A DNA stretch of 64,000 nucleotides from Clostridiales bacterium (lineage in GTDB: Bacteria > Bacillota > Desulfotomaculia > Desulfotomaculales > VENG01): assembly GCA_016278505.1 (NCBI GenBank), contig JADQBQ010000002.1, forward strand, positions 1,123 through 65,122. Reading direction: 5' to 3'. Below are positions 57,108 to 64,000 of the stretch, piece by piece (within the stretch, counting starts at the first letter, position 1; each line of letters begins with the position of its first letter). The notes under the pieces were generated by a model. It saw only the letters and a program-made list of their open reading frames with translations, was not told the origin of the DNA and did no database searches. Made by a program: the position numbers and the translations under genes.

Positions 57108-59210
57108 ATGAATGGGATTTCAAATTTTTTTACTCCTCAATCCGTAGCCATAGTTGGTGCATCAAAAACCCCGGGTAAAATAGGCAATGCTATTGTGAAA
57201 AATATGATTCAGAGCAACTTCCCAGGGAAAATATATCCCATCAACCCCAAGGAGAATGAAATTGAGGGTTTAGAATGCTACCCATCGATTAGTGACGTCG
57301 ATGGTAGTTTGGACATGGTAGCTGTGGCCATTCCTGCTGCACATACTGTGCCACTGGCAGAGGAATGCGGACAAAAGGGTGTTAAACACCTGGTGGTTAT
57401 CTCAGCCGGCTTTAAAGAAATAGGGCATGAAGGAATGGAACTCGAAAAACAGCTTGTTTCCACATGTCAGAACTACGGCATGCGTCTACTGGGCCCTAAC
57501 TGCATTGGCGTCATGGACACACATTCCGGGCTAAATGCATCCTTCTCTGGAGTTTACCCAACCAAGGGTGACATAGCATTCATATCTCAAAGCGGTGCCA
57601 TGTTGGTGGCAATTCTCGACTGGAGCAAAGCTATCGGACTCGGATTCAGTAAGGTAATCAGCTTGGGTAATAAAGCAGACCTTACGGAAACTCACAGCAT
57701 AGACATCGCGGCGGATGATCCTAATACAAAAGTGATTTTATGTTACATCGAAGACGTAGCAGACGGAGAACATTTTTTAGATGTAGTATCAAAGGCCAGT
57801 AAGAAAAAGCCGATCATAATTCTCAAATCCGGAACCAGCCAGGCCGGGGCACAGGCAGCTTCTTCACATACGGGGGCACTTGCCGGCAGTGACATTGCAT
57901 ATGAAACCGCTTTTCGCCAGTGCGGGGTGATAAGGGCTCATACCATGCCGGCACTATTTGACCTGGGCATTGCTTTTTCCCGGCAACCGGTTCCACAAGG
58001 AAAGCGAGTTGCCGTGATAACAAATGCGGGCGGGCCCGGGATTGTTAGTACCGATACCATTGAGAACACAGGACTGGCAATGGCTAGATTTAATAAAGAA
58101 ACTATTTCCAAGCTAAGGGATAGCCTGCCGTCGGAGGCGAATATTTACAACCCTGTAGATGTTTTAGGTGATGCTAAGGCCGACCGTTATGGTTTTTCGC
58201 TGGAAAAAGCTCTTGGTGATAAAGGAGTAGACAGTGCCCTTGTGCTGGTGTGCCCCACCGCAGTTACAGACCCCGTAAACACCGCCAGAGAAGTGACGCG
58301 GGTTCACCGGTTATACCCGGAGAAACCTGTATTTGCGGCATATATGGGTGGCGAAACACTTAAGGACGGATCTAAACTATTGGAACGGGAAGGTGTCCCC
58401 AGTTTTATATTTCCAGAGCCGGCCATCCATGCCCTTGCAGGCATGAGTCGGTATGCAGAATTACAGCAAAGATTTGAGGAAGAAAAGGATGAGGATAAGC
58501 AAGAAACCGGTACAAAGGAAGTTAAACAAATTTTTAACTCTGTAAAGAATGATGGTAGACTGGTACTACTGGGTAATGAAACAGCGCAAGTGGCTACGGC
58601 TTTCGGGATTCCCGCCGCCCCGGTTGAACTGGCCGAAAGCCCGGATGAAGCGGCAAAACTAGCTGATGAAATGGGTTACCCGGTAGTGTTAAAAGTAGCT
58701 TCCCCCAAAATTTTACACAAGACAGATGTGGGGGGAGTTAAAATAAATCTCAATGGCCCTAACGAAGTGCGTAAGGGGTTTGTTGAAATAAACGAAAACA
58801 TCCAAAGATATTTACCCGACGTAGTAATACACGGCATAGAAGTGCAAAGAATGATGCCTAAAGGGGTGGAACTAATCGTCGGAATGAGCAGAGACGTACA
58901 ATTTGGGCCACTCATCGCCTTCGGCCTGGGAGGTATTTACGTTAACCTGCTTAAAGATGTTAGCTTCAGACTCGCCCGGAATTTAACCAGGAAAGAAATA
59001 GAAAGTATGATCCACGAAACGAAAGCATATACCTTACTTCGAGGTTATAGAGGAGATAAGCCGGCGGACATTAAGTCCATAACTAATCTTATCGACCGTG
59101 TGGGAAGGCTGACCATAGAATTCCCGGAAATCACGGAAATGGACATTAATCCTGTGTTTGCCTACCCCGATGGAGCGTCAGCTCTGGATATTAAAATAAC
59201 TATTTCGTGA
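57108..59210 (+). CDS. ADP-forming acyl/acetate-CoA ligase (fused alpha/beta)
   Basis: CoA-binding AIVGAS, GPNCIG, SQSGA, phospho-His ASSHTGALAGSD, TNAGGPG, ATP-grasp HKTDVGGV, EMDINP; no GNAT domain. Confidence 0.92.
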   Translation: MNGISNFFTPQSVAIVGASKTPGKIGNAIVKNMIQSNFPGKIYPINPKENEIEGLECYPSISDVDGSLDMVAVAIPAAHTVPLAEECGQKGVKHLVVISAGFKEIGHEGMELEKQLVSTCQNYGMRLLGPNCIGVMDTHSGLNASFSGVYPTKGDIAFISQSGAMLVAILDWSKAIGLGFSKVISLGNKADLTETHSIDIAADDPNTKVILCYIEDVADGEHFLDVVSKASKKKPIIILKSGTSQAGAQAASSHTGALAGSDIAYETAFRQCGVIRAHTMPALFDLGIAFSRQPVPQGKRVAVITNAGGPGIVSTDTIENTGLAMARFNKETISKLRDSLPSEANIYNPVDVLGDAKADRYGFSLEKALGDKGVDSALVLVCPTAVTDPVNTAREVTRVHRLYPEKPVFAAYMGGETLKDGSKLLEREGVPSFIFPEPAIHALAGMSRYAELQQRFEEEKDEDKQETGTKEVKQIFNSVKNDGRLVLLGNETAQVATAFGIPAAPVELAESPDEAAKLADEMGYPVVLKVASPKILHKTDVGGVKINLNGPNEVRKGFVEINENIQRYLPDVVIHGIEVQRMMPKGVELIVGMSRDVQFGPLIAFGLGGIYVNLLKDVSFRLARNLTRKEIESMIHETKAYTLLRGYRGDKPADIKSITNLIDRVGRLTIEFPEITEMDINPVFAYPDGASALDIKITIS

Positions 59211-59220
59211 GGTGTGTCTC

Positions 59221-60279
59221 GTGAAAAACATTTACACTTTAGGTCCTACAGGAAGCGGAAAAACTGCTATGGCCGTTGGCCTAGCCCTAAAATTACAACA
59301 AGAAGGATATAAAGTATCTTATTTTAAACCAGTGGGTAACACCATGGGGGGTGCTAATAAAGACGAAGATGCTTCACTTATGCAGCGGGTTTTGAATATG
59401 AATCATTCTCTTGATACCATTGTACCGTGTATTACGGGACCCTCATATTTATCCGGATATAAAAAAATGGAGTCTTTGGAACAAATATTATCATCGTATC
59501 AAAAAATTGCAAAAAATAGTGACATAGTTATCATTGGCGGTTCAGGCAACCCATACATACTTGCCTCCTTTGGGCTGGATGCGGCCGCCCTCGCAGCGAA
59601 AATGGATGCCGTTGCTTTATTCATGATACGAATTGAAAATGATTTTAGCCTTGACCAGGCAATTTTCTATAATAAATATTTTTTAAATTATGGTATTTCT
59701 GTTATTGGCAATGTATTTAACAATGTACCAAGGCCGTTACTTTCAAAAACTGAAGGGGTTTATAAAAAGATCCTGGAAGAAAAGGGCCTAAAGACCGTAG
59801 GGATCATACCGGTACGTGCCAACATGGCTTCTCCTACCGTAGCAGAGTACTATGAAGTACTGGGTGGAGAGATTCTTACCGGTGAGGACAGTATGGACAG
59901 ACTTATTGAGGATGTAATTATTGGAGCCATGACCTTGGAAAGTGCCCTGGGATATTTAAGACGGGCCCCTAACAAAGCAATCATTACCGGGGGAGACAGG
60001 GCGGACCTTGCACTGGCCGCGTTGGAAACGAGCACCTCGGCCCTGATTCTTACCGGCGGTCTGTATCCCGATGTGAAAGTTGTTGCCCGGGCAGCGGAAA
60101 AGGAGGTACCTGTTATTTTAGTCCATTATGATACGTACACAACAATTGAGAAAATTAACGAGGTATCCAGACACATAAGACCTGATGATAAGTTAAGCAT
60201 AAGAATTGCCCAGGAAAATACGGAAAAATACTGTAATTGGGAATATGTGTTAAATTGCGCAAAAAGTGAGGGCGATTAA
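59221..60279 (+). CDS. Phosphotransacetylase N-terminal-like protein (BioD-like P-loop plus DRTGG domain, no catalytic PTA domain)
   Basis: GSGKTA, YFKPVG, IITGGDRADL, ILTGG; GTG start after GAGGTG. Confidence 0.85.
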   Translation: MKNIYTLGPTGSGKTAMAVGLALKLQQEGYKVSYFKPVGNTMGGANKDEDASLMQRVLNMNHSLDTIVPCITGPSYLSGYKKMESLEQILSSYQKIAKNSDIVIIGGSGNPYILASFGLDAAALAAKMDAVALFMIRIENDFSLDQAIFYNKYFLNYGISVIGNVFNNVPRPLLSKTEGVYKKILEEKGLKTVGIIPVRANMASPTVAEYYEVLGGEILTGEDSMDRLIEDVIIGAMTLESALGYLRRAPNKAIITGGDRADLALAALETSTSALILTGGLYPDVKVVARAAEKEVPVILVHYDTYTTIEKINEVSRHIRPDDKLSIRIAQENTEKYCNWEYVLNCAKSEGD

Positions 60280-60286
60280 ACGCCCT

Positions 60287-60733
60287 CTACTTAGACTCTC
60301 TTAATTCATTTCTTCCGTCTTTAATTTCTTCTAAAACTTTCATTAAATTATCTTCCAATTCACCAAGAATATCATCAGCATATTGGTACGCTCCCTGTTT
60401 AATTTGTGATGCTATTTCTTGTGCCTGCTGATGGTGTTCTTCAGATATTTCCTGCGCTTTTTTTACCACTTCCGATTCCTCTGCCCGGGTCTGCAGTTCA
60501 TTTTCTGCGTCTTGAATAATACGTATAGCTTCCTGCTTAGAATCGGCAATCACTTTTTCCCTTTCCTGTACCACCCATTTAGCCTGCCGTACTTCTTCGG
60601 GCAACGAGGTTCGAATGCGGTCTAGATAATCGAGCAATTTGTCTTCATCCACTAAAACCCTGCTTGTCATAGGAACCTTAGGACAGGTTTCTATTAACTC
60701 TTCTAACTCGTTAAGTATATTAAATATCTCCAT
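60287..60733 (-). CDS. Conserved coiled-coil protein downstream of coaD (DivIVA/ATP-synthase-b-like)
   Basis: LEELIE...RVLVDE...LPEEVRQA, helical heptads; conserved position. Confidence 0.8.
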   Translation of the reverse strand: MEIFNILNELEELIETCPKVPMTSRVLVDEDKLLDYLDRIRTSLPEEVRQAKWVVQEREKVIADSKQEAIRIIQDAENELQTRAEESEVVKKAQEISEEHHQQAQEIASQIKQGAYQYADDILGELEDNLMKVLEEIKDGRNELRESK

Positions 60734-60755
60734 CAGTATCCCTCCCGTAGCGTAC

Positions 60756-61238
60756 TTAAGGGCAAATTGACTTATCACGCAAACGTTCTTCAACCAGAGA
60801 AGGCACCATATCCCGAACACAACCGTTAAAAAACGCTATCTCCTTAACTGCAGTGGAACTGATAAATGAATACTCAGCCCTGGTCATTAAAAAAATTGTT
60901 TCTACAGAAACTTCCAACTTTTTGTTGGTCAAGGCCATCATTAGCTCATTTTCAAAATCCGAAATAGCCCGAAGCCCCCTAATTATTGCCTGTGCTCCTT
61001 GAACCTTAGCATAGTTAACAGTTAAACCGTGAAAAGAATCAACTTCCACGTTGTAATATGGCCCTAAAACTTCCCGCAACATATCCACCCTTTCCTCCAC
61101 AGCAAACAAGGGAGTCTTCCCAGGGTTTCGGGATACAGCAACTATTACCCGGTCAAAAAGTCCAGCAACTCGCTCGATAATATCCAAGTGACCATATGTA
61201 ACGGGGTCAAAACTTCCCGGATAAACTGCTACTCGCAA
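60756..61238 (-). CDS. coaD: Phosphopantetheine adenylyltransferase
   Basis: YPGSFDPVTYGHLDII, RGLRAISDFE, ISSTAVKE. Confidence 0.97.
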   Translation of the reverse strand: MRVAVYPGSFDPVTYGHLDIIERVAGLFDRVIVAVSRNPGKTPLFAVEERVDMLREVLGPYYNVEVDSFHGLTVNYAKVQGAQAIIRGLRAISDFENELMMALTNKKLEVSVETIFLMTRAEYSFISSTAVKEIAFFNGCVRDMVPSLVEERLRDKSICP

Positions 61239-61813
61239 CGAATTTCCTCCTCTTCTTGTATAGTTGGATTGTTAAATAGAGTCAATAAAGTATCTCCGTA
61301 TTTTTCGCAACGAATTTTTTTTAGTGAGGATATCATATCCGGGAACATTTGTTTTTTATGACTTTCCACTACCACTATTCCGCGTCCTTTGAGTAATTTA
61401 GAGGAACATATCTCTTCCAAGACAGCAAACTCTAACTGCTGCCCATAAGGCGGGTCCATAAATATGTAATCAAAAGCTGCTCCTCTGCGAGCTAACAGTT
61501 TTAATCCCTTGTATACATCATTATTGATCAAGAAGGCCCTCTCTAAGAGCTTTGTATTCTCTAGATTTTTCTTTAAAGTACCCATGACGCGTTTATCTTT
61601 CTCTACAAAAGCGCAGTAAGCCCCTCCCCGGCTGAGGGCTTCAATTCCCAATGCACCTGAACCGGCAAAAAGATCCAATATCTGCGCTTCCTGCACCCCT
61701 GAACCAAGTATACTAAATAATGCCTCTTTTACACGGTCTGCCGTAGGGCGAACTTTCCCCTGGCCGGGCATTTTAAGGGTTGTCCTTTTTGCAGATCCAG
61801 CTATAACGCGCAA
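61229..61813 (-). CDS. rsmD: 16S rRNA m2G966 methyltransferase
   Basis: RVIAG, RPTADRVKEALF, DLFAGSGALGIEALSRG, DPPY. Confidence 0.96.
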   Translation of the reverse strand: MRVIAGSAKRTTLKMPGQGKVRPTADRVKEALFSILGSGVQEAQILDLFAGSGALGIEALSRGGAYCAFVEKDKRVMGTLKKNLENTKLLERAFLINNDVYKGLKLLARRGAAFDYIFMDPPYGQQLEFAVLEEICSSKLLKGRGIVVVESHKKQMFPDMISSLKKIRCEKYGDTLLTLFNNPTIQEEEEIRCE

Positions 61814-61920
61814 TGTAAAAGTTTCCGCCTTTCCAATTTACTAACTTTTCATATTATAACACACAAAATTCAAAAAATCGATTTGTTGCCTGGTTAATTT
61901 TAGTTAAATAAGGTTTTTCA

Positions 61921-61949
61921 GTATAATTTTTAGAATCATGGTAAACCTA
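61921..61949 (+). promoter_or_regulatory. Sigma-F/G promoter of gpr
   Basis: GTATA-14-GGTAAACCTA; gpr is sigma-F/G dependent in B. subtilis. Confidence 0.65.
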
Positions 61950-61974
61950 TGCCACAAGAAGGGAGTGCGCATCA

Positions 61975-62946
61975 ATGGAGTTTGATTTTTTTAAGACTTT
62001 TTCCATAAATCTTGACTTAGCAGTTGAAGCCAGAGAGGTAGTACGTGGAAAAACGGGCCAGGAGATTCCCGGTGCTCAAGTTTCTACTGAAAAATATGAC
62101 CAGGCGGAAGTAACAATTGTCCATATTATGGACGAGAAGGCTGCAACAATCATGGGGAAACCGATTGGCAAATACATAACCATTGAAGCCCCTGCTATTC
62201 GCGAGAACAATGGTCGGGCCCATAAAGATATTACTGAGGTATTAAGCCAGCAGTTAACAAAACTCTTCAAAATCTCCATGGAATCAAATGTTTTAGTAGT
62301 GGGACTGGGAAATTGGAATGCCACTCCGGACGCCTTGGGTCCAAAGGTAGTGGAACAAACTTTAGTAACCAGGCACCTTTTCAATTATGCACCACAAGAA
62401 TTACAAGGAGGCATGAGACCTGTCAGCGCGCTGGCTCCTGGAGTTCTTGGGACAACAGGAATTGAAACGGCCGAGATTATAAAAGGGGCCGTAGATAGGA
62501 TAAAACCGGATCTGGTGATTGCCATTGATTCCCTGGCGGCGAGAAACGTAACACGCATAGCTACGACCATCCAGATGGCAGATACCGGAGTTAATCCCGG
62601 CTCAGGGATTGGAAATCAACGCATGGGGATTAACCAAGAAACCCTTGGGTGTCCCGTAATTGCAATTGGAGTACCCACGGTGGTAAATGCTGCTTTCATA
62701 TGTAAAGACGCCCTGGATTCCTATCTAAAGCAAACAGGAAATTATGTCACACAACAAGAACAAATGGACCCTAACGTTAAGCAGGCCATTGAGAATGTAC
62801 TTAATCCTTTTGGGGGTGATTTGACGGTAACACCAAAGGAGGTGGATATCCTTATTGACACTACAGCCCAGATTGTATCGGGAGGCATATCCATGTCACT
62901 TCATCCCGGCATAAGTTCCGAGGACTATGCATTTTACCTGCATTAA
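61975..62946 (+). CDS. gpr: Germination protease GPR
   Basis: DLAVEA, VVGLGNWNATPDALGP, PGVLGTTGIET, IDSLAAR, IGVPTVV, VTPKEVD. Confidence 0.95.
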   Translation: MEFDFFKTFSINLDLAVEAREVVRGKTGQEIPGAQVSTEKYDQAEVTIVHIMDEKAATIMGKPIGKYITIEAPAIRENNGRAHKDITEVLSQQLTKLFKISMESNVLVVGLGNWNATPDALGPKVVEQTLVTRHLFNYAPQELQGGMRPVSALAPGVLGTTGIETAEIIKGAVDRIKPDLVIAIDSLAARNVTRIATTIQMADTGVNPGSGIGNQRMGINQETLGCPVIAIGVPTVVNAAFICKDALDSYLKQTGNYVTQQEQMDPNVKQAIENVLNPFGGDLTVTPKEVDILIDTTAQIVSGGISMSLHPGISSEDYAFYLH

Positions 62947-62975
62947 TTAATAATCAAAAACTGGCACTGGGAGCC

Positions 62976-63008
62976 TACCTGCTATTTACCTGCTATTTAC
63001 CTGCTATT
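62976..63008. repeat. Tandem repeat (TACCTGCTATT)x3
   Basis: Three exact 11-bp units at 62976, 62987 and 62998. Confidence 0.9.
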
Positions 63009-63048
63009 AAAAACAGTGGATGGACCGCCGATACGGGTCCATCCACTG
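63009..63048 (-). terminator. Terminator between gpr and the SASP gene
   Basis: CAGTGGATGGACC-loop-GGTCCATCCACTG, 13-bp stem with a T tract on the minus strand. Confidence 0.8.
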
Positions 63049-63120
63049 GGGTTAAGCTGTTCTTAATCTGTCGATTGCCCTATCACATTTGATAGACCAA
63101 TGCTTGGGTCCATCGACTGA

Positions 63121-63378
63121 TTAAGGAGTAGGATTCTGGTTTGTTACCTGTGGGGTAGCAGGTTGGTTCCCCTGGGCCAGGTTCTGTTCGTAAGCGGCAA
63201 TCATTTTCTTAACCATGTTACCGCCGATAGCACCGTTAACCCGAGAAGGAATGTCACCCATGTACCCTCCATCCGGTACTTGAATACCCAGCTCGCCAGC
63301 GGTTTCCCACTTAAACTGCTCCATAGCTTGAGCTGCAGCCGGAATAACTTTTCTGTTACTCTTTTGACCTTGTGCCAT
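63121..63378 (-). CDS. Alpha/beta-type small acid-soluble spore protein with a Q/N/P/T-rich tail
   Basis: FKWETAGELG, SRVNGAIGGNMVKKMI..YEQ; GGAGGTG SD. Confidence 0.92.
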   Translation of the reverse strand: MAQGQKSNRKVIPAAAQAMEQFKWETAGELGIQVPDGGYMGDIPSRVNGAIGGNMVKKMIAAYEQNLAQGNQPATPQVTNQNPTP

Positions 63379-63410
63379 CAATTTCACCTCCTCTCTGTTT
63401 AGCTTGATGT

Positions 63411-63441
63411 TAGTATTGCATCTCCCGGGCACCTTTATGTA
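63411..63441 (-). promoter_or_regulatory. Sigma-G-like promoter of the SASP gene
   Basis: TACATA...GCAATACTA on the minus strand. Confidence 0.6.
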
Positions 63442-63535
63442 GGTAATTTTACCCCGCCCTAATGGCAATTCTGGTTAACCATGCTTATATGTTTTTAGTG
63501 ATATTCTTGGCGTGTCTCTGCTTTCTTTAATTGAT

Positions 63536-64000
63536 TTAACTGATATCAATATAATCACCCTTTTGCATAAAACGTCTTTCCATTTCTCCAAAAAGATTAT
63601 TATAATCGTATTTCCTCTGTTCCCCATGGGCATCCATAAATGACAATGCTTCAGATCGAGCTAAACCCATAGTTTTCATATTGGTTATCAAATCCGCTAT
63701 TTTCAATTCCGGCAAGCCGGATTGCCGGGTACCAAATAATTCCCCGGGCCCACGTATTTTTAGATCCATTTCAGCTAAGCGAAATCCATCATTGGACATT
63801 GTCATGGCACGCAAACGTTCCTTAGCCTCATCGGTACCCGGCTCGGAAACTAAAATGCAATACGATTGCCTTGCTCCTCTGCCAACTCTGCCACGCAATT
63901 GGTGAAGTTGGGCCAAACCAAAACGGTGAGCATCGACTATTATTATCACCGTAGCATTGGGCACATCAACACCTACCTCTATTACAGAAGTCGCCACCAG
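63536..64000 (-). CDS. recG: ATP-dependent DNA helicase RecG (C-terminal part)
   Basis: VIEVGVDVPNA, RFGLAQLHQLRGRVGRG, DGF.LAE.DL.IRGPGE.FGTRQSG. Confidence 0.96.
   Translation of the reverse strand: MVATSVIEVGVDVPNATVIIIVDAHRFGLAQLHQLRGRVGRGARQSYCILVSEPGTDEAKERLRAMTMSNDGFRLAEMDLKIRGPGELFGTRQSGLPELKIADLITNMKTMGLARSEALSFMDAHGEQRKYDYNNLFGEMERRFMQKGDYIDIS

Noticed and set aside
57108-59210. Protein acetyltransferase Pat/YfiQ
   Set aside because: No GNAT domain, and the catalytic His (ASSHTG) is retained, consistent with an active ligase.
62976-63008. Possible CRISPR array
   Set aside because: Only three contiguous 11-bp units, with no spacers and no cas genes in the window.

Overview
Spore-forming, Desulfotomaculum/Peptococcaceae-like Bacillota chromosome segment; the taxon is inferred from gene content and order. 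Most genes are on the minus strand. The right two-thirds is mostly conserved core, in transcription order: recG(3' part)-SASP, gpr, rsmD-coaD, ADP-forming acyl-CoA synthetase plus DRTGG protein, ylbJ, yceD-rpmF-fapR-plsX-fabH-fabK-fabD-fabG-acpP-fabF-rnc-ftsY (no smc), an MTA/5'-deoxyadenosine/SAH salvage cluster (mtnP-mtnA-ahcY-class II aldolase-mtaD), dat, a class III aminotransferase, ylxM-ffh-rpsP-khpA-rimM-trmD-rplS-lepB-rbgA-rnhB, and an 11-subunit complex I (nuoABCDHIJKLMN, no nuoEFG). The left third is more accessory: MoxR/VWA pair, C_GCAxxG_C_C protein, yraN, an ECF sigma/beta-propeller anti-sigma/ABC/DUF1287 operon, cupin, adenine deaminase, a TetR-controlled ABC efflux operon, MaoC, PaaI and comM. 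The most notable signals missed by the ORF track are: (1) two copies of a ~210-290 bp non-coding hairpin element (35690-35901, 39396-39688) with several compensatory base changes, strand-specific tandem GA loops and twin CAGGACG hairpin loops; one copy is flanked by outer inverted repeats and a 20-bp duplication of the ffh 3' end; (2) a complete promoter-SD-ORF-terminator unit encoding an unannotated 36-aa six-cysteine peptide (16007-16117) directly upstream of the ECF operon; (3) a probable ATC start codon for fabK; (4) a forespore-type promoter on the acyl-CoA synthetase/DRTGG pair; (5) an attC-like palindrome near the left edge. All calls come from reading the sequence and motifs; no database searches were run.
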